Shown one piece after another: positions 40,587-50,421 of a stretch of DNA of 64,000 bases (position 1 is its first letter; each line of letters begins with the position of its first letter). This DNA is from an uncultured delta proteobacterium (GTDB taxonomy: Bacteria; Myxococcota_A; Polyangia; Fen-1088). The notes below the pieces were generated by a model, which saw only the letters and a list, made by a program, of their open reading frames with translations, did no database searches and had not been told where the DNA came from. The stretch spans positions 544,001 through 608,000 of the forward strand of contig CAWCMR010000025.1 in NCBI GenBank assembly GCA_963796685.1, given 5' to 3'. The translations under genes were made by a program, and so were the position numbers.

Positions 40587-41105
40587 GGCAACGAGCTCGT
40601 CCGGGACGATGGGGTCGGCATACGCATCGGGCAAATCCTGATGAAGCTGCGCTTGCCTGCCGACGTGCGCGTCGAGCTGGCTCCCCAGTTGGGCTTCGAT
40701 CTGCTCGAGGTCGTCGCCGGGGCCGAGCGCGTGGTGCTGGTGGATGCCATGGCCACGGGACGCGCGCCCGGAACCTGCGTCACCCTCGACGGCCGAGCCA
40801 TCGAGCATTACAGCGCCGGCGCCTCGGCCTCGCACAGCATCGGCATCGCCGAGCTGATGGATCTGGCGCACCGCCTGGCGCCGGCCCGCGCGGCTGCTTC
40901 CCTGCATTTCGTGGGCGTGGAAGGCATCGCGTTCGGCGAATACGGGACCGACCTGAGCCCCGAGGTCGAAGCGGCCATCCCCGAGGCGGTGGAAGCCGTT
41001 CTTCGGCTGGTTGGCGCGAACGCCGCGCTCCTGGCGGCCGGGAAAGCCGCCGCTCTGAGCAGCGAGGCGCTGCGACCCGGCATCCTCGGCGAGCCCGTTC
41101 CGTAG
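40563..41105 (+). CDS. hydrogenase maturation protease (HycI/HyaD family)
   Basis: LCLGNELVRDDGVG, VLVDA, SHSIG, GTDLSPEV. Confidence 0.9.
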   Translation: MSTRILCLGNELVRDDGVGIRIGQILMKLRLPADVRVELAPQLGFDLLEVVAGAERVVLVDAMATGRAPGTCVTLDGRAIEHYSAGASASHSIGIAELMDLAHRLAPARAAASLHFVGVEGIAFGEYGTDLSPEVEAAIPEAVEAVLRLVGANAALLAAGKAAALSSEALRPGILGEPVP

Positions 41106-41221
41106 ATTCGGCGAGGGGCTCCGCTCCCCTGCGTGCGACCGAGCGGTGGCGGTTTGCATCCAAGAGACGCGGGACGAAAAGCGCGCTCACCATTCAACGA
41201 CGTCACGCGGAAGCTCCCGCC

Positions 41222-42157
41222 ATGGATGTACTTCGTTCGGACATACCCTTGCCGACTCGCAGCAGGTTGAAAACCTTTCTGCGCGTGGCCGGCTGCCTCG
41301 TCGTCGGCGCGAGCGCCTATCTGTTCGTCCGACACATCGACGGTCACGCCCTGCTGCACGCCCTCGGCCAGGCCCACCTCTCGCTGCTTGCCGTCGCCGG
41401 TCTGCTCTCACTCGGGCAGCTCGCCTGCCGGGCCAGCGTGTTTCGCACCCTGCTCTTCCCGGTGATCGCCCTTCCCTGGTGGCACGTCCAGCGCTTCATG
41501 CTCGCCACGATGGCGACCACCGCGGTGGTGCCGGGCCGTGCTGGCGAGTTCGTGCGCGCCTATCTGCTCAAACGCGACGACAAGGTGGCGGTGGCTTCGA
41601 CGGCAGCGGTGGCCGCGGTCGAGAAGGGGCTGGAGGTCCTGACGCTTTTTCTCGTCATTGCACCCGTGCCGTTCCTGTTGCAGCATTTCCCCGCATGGGT
41701 CGGTAAGGCAATCCTATGCGCGGCGGGCATCGCGGCCGGCCTGCTGTCGGTGATCGTGCTGCTCGCCACCCGAACCCGACCACCACGCTGGCTGGCTTCG
41801 TTCAGCGCCGGTCTCGAGATCGTTAGGCGCCCGTTGCTCTTCGGCAAGGCCCTGTTGATGGAGCTCGGCAGTTGGCTGCTCGATTTCGCGTGTATCCTGT
41901 TGGTGATGCGAGCTGTCGGGGTCTCCGCGCCCGCCGCTTCTGGCCTGCTCGTCCTGCTTGCCGTGAACCTGGCCATCGCGGTTCCCGTGGTACCGGGCAA
42001 CCTCGGCACGTTCGAGTTGGGCGCGCTCGCCGGGCTTCAGTCCTTTGGTGTGTCCCCCGCGCTCGGCCTCGCCGTCGGGTTGCTCTATCACATGGCGCAA
42101 GTGCTTCCCATCGCGACCCTGGCCCTCCTCGACAGCCGATTCGTCGTCAGAAAATGA
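41222..42157 (+). CDS. lysylphosphatidylglycerol synthase TM-domain / flippase-like membrane protein
   Basis: PGRAGEFVRAY, VEK, PVVPGNLGTFE, multiple TM helices. Confidence 0.85.
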   Translation: MDVLRSDIPLPTRSRLKTFLRVAGCLVVGASAYLFVRHIDGHALLHALGQAHLSLLAVAGLLSLGQLACRASVFRTLLFPVIALPWWHVQRFMLATMATTAVVPGRAGEFVRAYLLKRDDKVAVASTAAVAAVEKGLEVLTLFLVIAPVPFLLQHFPAWVGKAILCAAGIAAGLLSVIVLLATRTRPPRWLASFSAGLEIVRRPLLFGKALLMELGSWLLDFACILLVMRAVGVSAPAASGLLVLLAVNLAIAVPVVPGNLGTFELGALAGLQSFGVSPALGLAVGLLYHMAQVLPIATLALLDSRFVVRK

Positions 42158-42208
42158 CGCGGCGTGGTTTGCAAGTGTTCACGCCACTCTCGCGAAAGTC
42201 CAGTTCTC

Positions 42209-43340
42209 CTACGGACAGGAACCGAACAGGGTGAACAGCGCGTCCGCGTCGGGCTTCATCGCCACCACGTCCAGCAGACCATCGCCATTCAAGTCGCCAA
42301 GCGCGACTCCCGCTATCCCTAGCGTGTAGACCTTCGGCGCCCCGAAGGTCCCGTCGCCTCTTCCGAACCACGCGGAGAGCGTGTCGGGGTCTCTCGACGT
42401 CACAACGTCCAGCGTGCCGTCACCGTCGACATCGCCGAGAACGATCTGATTCCTAACCCACGGCGCGGGTTTCACCGGTGCATCGAAGGTTCCGTCACCG
42501 TGCCCCAGGGCGGAGGTGTCCACCGTCATGATGTCCAGCTTGCCATCACCGTTGAGATCGGCGAGCGCGATCCAGTTGGGGCTCTCCCCCGATGGGGAGC
42601 TCTTCGGCGGCGCCGAAGCTTCCGTCGCCTTTCCCGAGTAGGACACTGAGCGACCAAGCGCCATCCAGTCCCGAGTTGGCCACCGCGAGGTCGAGCTTAC
42701 CGTCGCCATTCACGTCCCCCACCGCCACCCCATCCGGCATCACGCCTGCCTCGAAGTCGGTCTTGGCGCCGAAGCTTCCATCTCCGTTTCCAAGTCGTAC
42801 GCTCACCGTGCCTATTCCGCCATTCGTGGTTGTTTCCACATAGTTCGCCGTTACGACATCCAGCTTGCCATCGCCGTTGAAGTCACCGAGCGCCGACCAA
42901 TCGGTGCCGATGCCCGTGCCGTCGTCAGGCTTGACCGTGAACGTTCCGTCGCCTTTGCCGAACAGCACGGCCACATTGGTCACGATGTCCAGGTTGCCAT
43001 CGCCATTCAGGTCGCCGAGCAGCAAGACCCGCGGCGCCCCACCGACCGGGTAGTCGGTTTTTGCGCCGAAGCTGCCGCCTCCACGCCCGAGCAGCACGCT
43101 CAGCGAGGCGGCGTTTGCCGTGACCACATCCAGTTTGCCGTCGCCGTTCAGATCACCCAGCACGACGGATGTGGCACCGGCGCCGGTTGGGTATTGGGGC
43201 AGGCTGGGACCGAAGCTTCCGTCGGCTGCCTGCAACAGCACGCTCACGTCGTCCGAATCCATGTCGTAGTAGCGCGCCATCGCGACGTCCGGCCTGCCGT
43301 CACGGTTCAGGTCGGCGATCGCCAGCACAGCCGCGGATTC
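42209..43340 (-). pseudogene. FG-GAP/VCBS repeat protein, 5'-truncated and frameshifted near 42590
   Basis: About seven GD(L/F/V)NGDGKLD-type repeats across two frames; no credible start or signal peptide. Confidence 0.7.
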
Positions 43341-43456
43341 TGAAAAAGTCCCCCCCTCTTCTGCGAGCCGTCGGAGTGCGGAAAGTTTCGCCCCCGAGCA
43401 CCATCCCCGCGAGCACGGGGAGACCGTGAAACCTCTCCGGCATCGCCACATTTTTG

Positions 43457-43484
43457 TTGCGCACGCAGGGCTCGAGTTGGGTTT
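43457..43484 (+). promoter_or_regulatory. putative ECF promoter TTGCGCAC-N14-GGGTTT
   Basis: Identical boxes and spacing at 46396-46423. Confidence 0.55.
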
Positions 43485-43507
43485 ATCTGGGTAGCCATGC
43501 GGGAATC

Positions 43508-43997
43508 ATGAACCCGGAACGCCTGACTCATCTCTATCGACGCTATGGGCCGGCCATCTATGCGCGCTGCCGCCTGCTGCTCATGGATGACGGGGCAGAC
43601 TGAGGACGCCACGCAGGAGACTTTTCTCCGCGTATGGCGCCACCTCGACCGGGTTCCCGATGCCCGCGAGGCGCTCTATTGGATCTACCGGGTGGCGACC
43701 AACTACTGTCTCAACGAGATCCGGGACCGCCGCAGCCGGGATGTCCCGACCGGAAAATTGCCGGAGGTCCGTGAGGCGGCTCGGGCTGCGGAAGCGCGCA
43801 TCGCGGATCGGGACCTGGCCCGCCACCTCATCGAGGGCGCGCGAGCCAACCAACGCGTGGTGGCCTGGCTGTACCACGTCGACGGTTTCGAGCAGGAGGA
43901 TGTCGCAAGAGTGGTCGGGATTTCGCGGCGGACGGTGGTCACCCGCCTGGCCGCCTTCCGCGCGGGCGCGCAGAAACTCAGGAGGAGCGTAGGATGA
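43508..43997 (+). CDS. ECF sigma factor, frameshift near 43585
   Basis: MNPERLTHLYRRYGPAIYARCRLLL / EDATQETF...WIYRVATNYCLN...VGISRRTV. Confidence 0.8.
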
Positions 43998-44782
43998 AAA
44001 ACGAATCTCACGTCACTCTCTTGGACCTCGACTTGGTGGTCCTGGACCAAGCTACCCCGGAGCACCTCGCAAGCATCGAGGCGCACTGCATGTCCTGCAC
44101 CGGGTGCGCCGCACGCCGAGTTGAGCACGGCGAGCACGTGCAGAACTTCCGCGGCATGGTGTTTCCCCGTACCGTCGACAACCTGGTGCTTCGGCGACGT
44201 CCGGCGGCCAGGTGGCCCTGGATGTTCGGGCTCGCGCTACCGCTCGCGGCGTGTCTGCTGATGCTCGTGCGAAGCCACCCGAGCGGCAAGAAGTCCGCCC
44301 CTGCCTTCGATCCGCCACACGACCCCGGAACAATCGGGATCAAGGGCTCGCCCGTGGTACGGGTATTCGCACGACGGAACCGGCCCGACGCCGACGTGAT
44401 CAAGGTCAAGGACGGCGATCGCCTGGCGGCAGGGGACGCCCTGCGCTTCGTACTGTCGCCGACGGGCTTGCCCTATGTTCTCATCGCCTCCGTCGACGGC
44501 GCCGGGCAGGCGAGTGTATATTACCCGTTCCATGGCGAGGCCAGCGTCGAGGTGGATCCAAGGGGCACGGTTTCGGTTCCGGGCAGTATCGTCCTCGACA
44601 AGGCCCTCGGCCCCGAGCGCATCTTCGTCATCTACAGCGAGAAACCCATCCAGGCCGAGACCGTGCGCGAAGTGCTGACAAAGCTCGGCGCGGGTGGCGC
44701 AGGCACGATCCGGGGGGCGCAGCACCTGCCCATCGCGGAAACCGTCCAGTCCTCGCTGTTGTTCGAGAAGGAGGAGCCTTGA
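43994..44782 (+). CDS. zinc-finger anti-sigma factor with TM helix and DUF4384-like C-domain
   Basis: HCMSCTGC (HxxxCxxC), TM helix, IKG, LAAGDALRF, GSIVLD...GPERIF. Confidence 0.7.
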   Translation: MKNESHVTLLDLDLVVLDQATPEHLASIEAHCMSCTGCAARRVEHGEHVQNFRGMVFPRTVDNLVLRRRPAARWPWMFGLALPLAACLLMLVRSHPSGKKSAPAFDPPHDPGTIGIKGSPVVRVFARRNRPDADVIKVKDGDRLAAGDALRFVLSPTGLPYVLIASVDGAGQASVYYPFHGEASVEVDPRGTVSVPGSIVLDKALGPERIFVIYSEKPIQAETVREVLTKLGAGGAGTIRGAQHLPIAETVQSSLLFEKEEP

Positions 44783-46389
44783 TGGGGAAGCGCCTCGGAG
44801 TCTCGGACCTGGAGACCAGGTTTTCCATCGCAGCGCGGTTGGGGTTGACTGCCCTGGCCCTGATCGCCGGGGCAAGCCAAGCGCACGCGGAGACCCGTCG
44901 CATTGCCGTCGTCGTCGGGAGCAATCGCGGCGCCCCCTCGCACGCGCCGCTTCGCTTCGCCGAGCAGGACGCATCCAAGTTCGCCGCAGTTCTCGCCGAG
45001 CTGGGTGGCCTCGCCCAAGCTGATGTCCTGCTGCTGCATGGGCCGACGCCGGCCGAGGTGCGCGCAGCCCTGGACGAGGCCACGCGGCGCACGGCCGGTT
45101 GGCACGCGCAACACCGCGGGCAGGTCGTGCTCATGTTCTATTTCTCCGGGCACTCCGACGGGACCATGTTGGAGATGGGAAATCAGGGTCTGCCCTTCGC
45201 GGAGGTGCGCAGACGCGTGGACGAGGTCGGCGCCGACGTGCGCCTGGTTATCTTGGACAGCTGCCGCAGTGGCGCCCTGCTCGCCCTCAAGGGCGGTACG
45301 CTGGGAGAATCCTTCGACATCCGCATGACCGACGACCTGGCCAGCACCGGAGAAGCGATGATCACCTCCAGCGCAGCCGACGAGGCTGCCCTGGAATCCG
45401 CGGAGATAGGTGGTTCGTTCTTTTCGCACCACCTGATTTCGGGCCTGCGCGGTGCCGCAGATCTCTCCGGCGACGGCATGGTGACCCTGGCGGAGGCCTA
45501 TCAATACGCCTTCGTGCGAACCCTGCGCTCCACTTCGGATACGACGGTGGGCCCCCAGCACCCGGCCTACGACTACCGTCTGAGCGGCCAAGGCGAGCTC
45601 GTGCTAACCCAGCTGAGGAAACCGTCTGCGGTTCTGGAGCTTCCCGTAGGATTCGATCGCCTTCTGCTTGTGGCCGTGCCGAGAGAACAGGTATTGGCCG
45701 AGCTCGGTCCGCGTTCGGGGCACAGAATTGCGGTGCCGTCCGGAATGTACAAGCTGCGGGCCTGGAAGGGAACACAGACCTTCGCTGCCCGGGTGGCGGT
45801 GGCCTGGGGACAGACGTTGCAAGTGGCTGCGGCCGAGCTGATTCCCGTGCACGCCGGGCTCGCCGTCAGCAAGGGCGGCACCGATGTCGATGTGACCGCA
45901 GTGGGTGCGGCTGCCGCCAGCCAAGAACAAGAGCAACGTCCGTGGTCGCTCACGGTCGGGCTGGGCCTCATGGACGGGGTGGCCAAAGATGCCGTGCTCG
46001 AAGGCGTCGACCTCGGAGTGCAGCGACGGTTCGGAGCGAGGCGCGTGGACGTGGTCCTTCGTGCCGGCTCTGGGCGGGCCCCGGGTATGCGCGAGAACCG
46101 AGTGACGGGAGAGGTGATACCTTCCCTATGGGCAAGCCTGGGCCGGCTCAGCGCCGGCCTCGGCGTCGGCCTGGGTGCGGGGACGGCCATCGAGCAGGTC
46201 GACGGCCACCAAATCCATTGGTCTGGCCTGGCCTTTGCCAGTCCTACGGGTTCGGTTGGGTTCCGTCTGAATCGTGATTTTGCCTTGCAGGCAAGCGCCG
46301 ACATTCCCATCACACTGCTTCGCCGGAACGACCGCATGACCATCACGGCTGTCGGGGCGTTGTGGCTCGGTCTGTCGCGAGAGCTCTGA
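44782..46389 (+). CDS. secreted caspase-family (peptidase C14) protein with beta-strand-rich C-terminus
   Basis: Signal peptide AHA; YFSGHSDG and LDSCRSG dyad; GLRGAAD, QHP. Confidence 0.85.
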   Translation: MGKRLGVSDLETRFSIAARLGLTALALIAGASQAHAETRRIAVVVGSNRGAPSHAPLRFAEQDASKFAAVLAELGGLAQADVLLLHGPTPAEVRAALDEATRRTAGWHAQHRGQVVLMFYFSGHSDGTMLEMGNQGLPFAEVRRRVDEVGADVRLVILDSCRSGALLALKGGTLGESFDIRMTDDLASTGEAMITSSAADEAALESAEIGGSFFSHHLISGLRGAADLSGDGMVTLAEAYQYAFVRTLRSTSDTTVGPQHPAYDYRLSGQGELVLTQLRKPSAVLELPVGFDRLLLVAVPREQVLAELGPRSGHRIAVPSGMYKLRAWKGTQTFAARVAVAWGQTLQVAAAELIPVHAGLAVSKGGTDVDVTAVGAAAASQEQEQRPWSLTVGLGLMDGVAKDAVLEGVDLGVQRRFGARRVDVVLRAGSGRAPGMRENRVTGEVIPSLWASLGRLSAGLGVGLGAGTAIEQVDGHQIHWSGLAFASPTGSVGFRLNRDFALQASADIPITLLRRNDRMTITAVGALWLGLSREL

Positions 46390-46395
46390 GAAAGA

Positions 46396-46423
46396 TTGCG
46401 CACAAGCGGCGGCGCTCGGGTTT
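46396..46423 (+). promoter_or_regulatory. putative ECF promoter TTGCGCAC-N14-GGGTTT, probably leaderless transcript
   Basis: Ends 7 nt before ATG 46431, with no RBS. Confidence 0.55.
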
Positions 46424-46430
46424 CTCAAGC

Positions 46431-47186
46431 ATGACGAAGACATCACCTACGACGCCGATCTCGACCAGAAACTGTCCTTTTCTGCCTGCGCTCGTGTCGG
46501 CGGCCATCGGCATATGGGGAGCCGGCTGCGGAAGCGGCGTCCTCAGCCAGGTGGACGATGACGATGCTGCACTGGGCGTTGATGGCGGCGCCATGGGCGG
46601 CAGCGGCGGTGTGGTCGGGACGGTCGACGCGGACAGCGTCGGCGGTGCCGGCGGCAGTGTTGGTGGTTCCTATGGTGGACCGAATTGCCCGTGCTCGCGG
46701 CGTCCCGGCGAGAACAACGCCTTCATGTGCCCACCTGGGACCGGCCAGGCCAGCACGACAGCCCTTGGTACCGACGGCGGAAACGCCAGTCTCGACGGCA
46801 CCCCTTCCACCGCTAGCGTCCCCGTCAGGCTCACCCTCTTGCCCACCGCTCTTGGACAGTCAGTTTCCGTCACCATCACCGAGACGACCACGCCACCGCC
46901 CGCGGGCTATGTGGACGAGTCGCCGATCTATTCCATTGCGATGCTGCCAGGGCTCACGCTTTCGACCCCCGCGAGGCTTGTCCTGCCCTACCAAAGTAAT
47001 CTCAGTCTCATCTCTAGCCAACTCGCCATCTATTTCTCTACCGACGGGACGACCTACACGCGCGTTCAAGACTCGTACGTCAATGCAGGCTTCTTACAGG
47101 GCTCCTTGACGAAATCCGGGTTCGTGTTCGCGGGCTACCCAAAAACCGCGGCCGACCTCGCCGCGTGTGGGGTGAGTGCGGAGTAG
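46431..47186 (+). CDS. lipoprotein with ZU5-like C-terminal domain
   Basis: GAGC lipobox; LGTDGG...LTLLPTAL...SPIY...TPARLVLPY pattern. Confidence 0.5.
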   Translation: MTKTSPTTPISTRNCPFLPALVSAAIGIWGAGCGSGVLSQVDDDDAALGVDGGAMGGSGGVVGTVDADSVGGAGGSVGGSYGGPNCPCSRRPGENNAFMCPPGTGQASTTALGTDGGNASLDGTPSTASVPVRLTLLPTALGQSVSVTITETTTPPPAGYVDESPIYSIAMLPGLTLSTPARLVLPYQSNLSLISSQLAIYFSTDGTTYTRVQDSYVNAGFLQGSLTKSGFVFAGYPKTAADLAACGVSAE

Positions 47187-47229
47187 TGTTCCCCCCCCCC
47201 GACGTTTGCCTTCCGCCACCAATCCGCGT

Positions 47230-47827
47230 CTAGGAGGCTGGTCTCTTCAAGAGGGCGAGCAGCTTCCGACCCTCGCAGCGGGGGTGTGCGGTTCGGACCA
47301 GTCCGGCCTGCTCGGCTGCGGCGATTTCGGTTTGGAACAGCTCGCGCGAGCAATGACCCGACGGCTCGATGAGCAGGAGTTGACCTCCCGGCTTCAAGCA
47401 CCGGGACAGCGTGGTCACGGTTGCCGCGGGGAATACCGTCTCGTGCACGACATGAATGGCCAACACGAGATCGCAACTTTCCCGCTGGTCATGAAGCCCC
47501 AAATCCTGATGGGTGCTCAGGCGCAGCTCGGCGCGATCGCGCAAACCGCGCTTTTCGAGACGTTTGTCCAGGCTTGCGAGCATCGACTTTTGCACCTCCA
47601 CGCACACGACCTTGCCAGTGGCACCGACGGCCTTCGCGACCGGCAGGGTAAAGAAGCCCAGGGCAGGCCCGAGCTTCGAGCACACGGTCGCCGGGTTTCA
47701 CCAGAGGCAAAACCAGCTTGTTTGGGCTCTCCGCGAGGCGCCGCACCGGACTGGCCAGAAGCAGCCCAATCCAATAAGGACAGGTGTGCGCGGGATGGGG
47801 CTCGCTCGAATTCGTTTGCTCGTTCAT
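47230..47827 (-). CDS. class I SAM-dependent methyltransferase, frameshift near 47680
   Basis: HTCPYWIG...VKPGDRVLE / LGPALGFFT...LKPGGQLLLIEP. Confidence 0.75.
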
Positions 47828-47913
47828 GGTCCCTCCTCGTTGCCCGATGGTTTGGCTCGGGCACAGCTGCTACTATGCCGGGAGCGGCTCGTTTCGACGA
47901 CTCGCCTTTCACC

Positions 47914-48615
47914 ATGAACGATTTTTCCCTGCATTTGCCGACGAAGTCGCGGCGCCAGGGCGCAGACGAGCGCTCCCGTGCTCGCGTTTCCAAGGCCACC
48001 TTGCGGCTGAAGGCACGCCGAAATCCGAGGCAAGAACGCTCCCGGCAGACCGTGGAAGCCATCGTGGAAGCCGCGGGACGGCTTCTGGTGGAACACGGTC
48101 GGGCTGCGGTCACCACCAACGCGGTCGCGCAGCGGGCGTGGGTCTCGATTGGCTCCGTCTATCAGTACTTCCCCAACAAGGACTCGATCTTCTCGGCGCT
48201 GCAGGAGCGCCACCGCGGTCAAGTGATGCCGCTCATTCGCCTTGCCTTGGCACGGCTCGAGGATCCCGCCGAGGATCTCGTCCTCGGAATCGTGTCGCTG
48301 ATGAAAGCCATGGCGGAATTGAACCGGGATGATCCAGGACGGATGCGTGCCTTGGACGAAGATCTACTCGAGCGGTCGTCGGCCACCGACATTCAGGCAT
48401 TCGCCGATGCCATCGCAGGCCTCCTGGCCGCGCGCACGGGCTGCTCCGAGGACAGCCTGCGCCCTACGGCTTGGCTCGCGTCCCTGACCCTCACTCACGT
48501 GGGACGAACCCTGGTCCATCACCCGCCGCCACTCCCCATGCAACCGATCCTCGATTCGCTGACCTCGATGTTGCGTGGTCTATTTTCCCCCGATCCCCTC
48601 CCGGCTGGCCGCTGA
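47914..48615 (+). CDS. TetR/AcrR family regulator
   Basis: PRQERSRQTVEAI...TTNAVAQRAWVSIGSVYQYFPNK; divergent from the methyltransferase. Confidence 0.85.
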   Translation: MNDFSLHLPTKSRRQGADERSRARVSKATLRLKARRNPRQERSRQTVEAIVEAAGRLLVEHGRAAVTTNAVAQRAWVSIGSVYQYFPNKDSIFSALQERHRGQVMPLIRLALARLEDPAEDLVLGIVSLMKAMAELNRDDPGRMRALDEDLLERSSATDIQAFADAIAGLLAARTGCSEDSLRPTAWLASLTLTHVGRTLVHHPPPLPMQPILDSLTSMLRGLFSPDPLPAGR

Positions 48616-48699
48616 ATTCAAGCTGAGAAGCGTGTTTGGCATCACGGCCTCGGGTCGGGCAGAAGATTTGTGTGGGTTCTGACGCCGGGGTGCGCACTG

Positions 48700-49060
48700 A
48701 CCTGGTTCATCCAGTACGGCACGGGCGCGGCCACGCCTGCGGGCAGCACGCGGCCCCACTCGCGGCCGTAGGGATAGGCATACGTCGTGCCGAGTGGGTG
48801 TTTGATGGATGGCCAGCCCCTCGTGCTCGATGCGCTCGCGGAACGATGGTGGCAATGACTCGAACGTCAGCAGGTCCACTTCGAGCCCGAGCGCCGTGCA
48901 CAAGGCGACCTCGATCGATGTCGAGGTCTGCCCGTCCACATTGACGAGCACGATGTCGACGTCGCTGCGCACCCCGAATACCCCCAGGCCAGCGAGCCGA
49001 TGAGCCATGCCCGACCTCCGGCGGGAAGTTGTCCACGCACCAGCGCCACGGCCAGGCCAT
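48700..49060 (-). pseudogene. minimal nucleotidyltransferase (MNT) remnant, possibly followed by a decayed partner
   Basis: AWLIGSLAWG / FGVRSDVDI...EVDLL...FRERIEHEG split across frames. Confidence 0.6.
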
Positions 49061-49130
49061 CGACTCGCGGTGCAAGACCCACTAAACTAGGACTCTCGGT
49101 TGCGTTCTCACAGCGCCCACGACAAATCAT

Positions 49131-49168
49131 CCATGAATTTTCTGCATGCCATGTCGTGTTTTCATGGT
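49131..49168. promoter_or_regulatory. inverted repeat CCATGAA...TTCATGG before the ATPase gene
   Basis: Seen directly; AT-richer patch. Confidence 0.3.
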
Positions 49169-49174
49169 ACATGA

Positions 49175-50341
49175 ATGGTCATGCTCGATCGAGCCGGGCA
49201 TCTTGGCGCCATCAAGAAACTGTTCCAGTCCCATTCCGTCGTGGCCATCCTCGGCCCGCGCCAGGTGGGCAAGACCACCTTGGCCAGGCGCTATGCCGAA
49301 ACCCTCCGATCCCGCGCGCACCACTTCGATCTGGAAGACGCAGACGATCTCGCCAGGCTTAGCGATGCCAAGCTGACCCTCGGACGGCTCCGTGGCTTGG
49401 TCGTCATCGATGAAATCCAGCGGCGGCCCGAGCTTTTCCCCACCTTGCGGGTGCTGGTGGACACCCCCAAAGCATCTTTGCGGTTTCTCGTGCTCGGCAG
49501 CGCTTCACCCGAGCTCCTCAAGCAATCCTCCGAAACCCTCGCCGGGCGCGTCGCCTACCACGAGCTTACCGGCTTTTCCCTCGAAGAGGTCGATCCTCGG
49601 CGCATGGATCGGCTCTGGCTGCGTGGTGGATTTCCCCGCTCCTTCTTGGCCAAATCCGATCCGGCCAGCCAGGACTGGCGCGCAGGCTTCGTCCGCACCT
49701 TCCTTGAACAAGACCTGCCCCAGCTTGGCCTGAATTTGCCGGCCCCTCAGCTGCGACGCTTTTGGACCATGGTCGCCCACTACCACGGCCAGATCTGGAA
49801 CGCCTCCGAGATTGCCGCATCCATGGGGATTTCCGATACGACGGCCCGTCGCTATTTGGATCTGCTTGCGTCCACGTTCATGGTGCGCCCGCTCCCTCCC
49901 TGGGCCGAAAACCTCGGCAAGCGCCAAGTAAAATCCCCGAAGATTTACTTCGCCGATAGCGGAATCCTGCACACCTTGCTTGGCTTGCGCACCATGGGCG
50001 ACCTAGAAACCAATCCCAAGCTCGGTGCCTCCTGGGAGGGTTTCCTCCTTGGCGAGGTCGTCTCGCGACTCGATGTCGACAAGGAGGAATGCTATTTCTG
50101 GGCAACCCACCAAGGCGCCGAGCTGGATCTACTGGTCGTGCGCGGACACCGACGCCTTGGCTTTGAATTCAAGCGGACCTCGTCGCCCACGATCACCAAG
50201 TCGATGCATATCGCCATGCAAGACCTGAAGCTGGATCAGCTGACGGTGATTCACGCGGGCGAGCACAGCTTCCCTCTCTCCAACGAAATCCGAGGCGTTT
50301 CTGCCCATCACCTGCTTACCGAGATCCGCCCCCTGCGCTGA
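49175..50341 (+). CDS. AAA+ ATPase with DUF4143 domain
   Basis: GPRQVGKTT, IDEIQ, LAGR, KSPKIYFADSG, ELDL...FEFK. Confidence 0.9.
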   Translation: MVMLDRAGHLGAIKKLFQSHSVVAILGPRQVGKTTLARRYAETLRSRAHHFDLEDADDLARLSDAKLTLGRLRGLVVIDEIQRRPELFPTLRVLVDTPKASLRFLVLGSASPELLKQSSETLAGRVAYHELTGFSLEEVDPRRMDRLWLRGGFPRSFLAKSDPASQDWRAGFVRTFLEQDLPQLGLNLPAPQLRRFWTMVAHYHGQIWNASEIAASMGISDTTARRYLDLLASTFMVRPLPPWAENLGKRQVKSPKIYFADSGILHTLLGLRTMGDLETNPKLGASWEGFLLGEVVSRLDVDKEECYFWATHQGAELDLLVVRGHRRLGFEFKRTSSPTITKSMHIAMQDLKLDQLTVIHAGEHSFPLSNEIRGVSAHHLLTEIRPLR

Positions 50342-50421
50342 GGTGGACGGGCAGGCTCGCGCACGTCCGCTTTGGAGAGTGCACCACGCGGTAGGGCCGC
50401 GACCGAGGCCAACGTTCCTCG

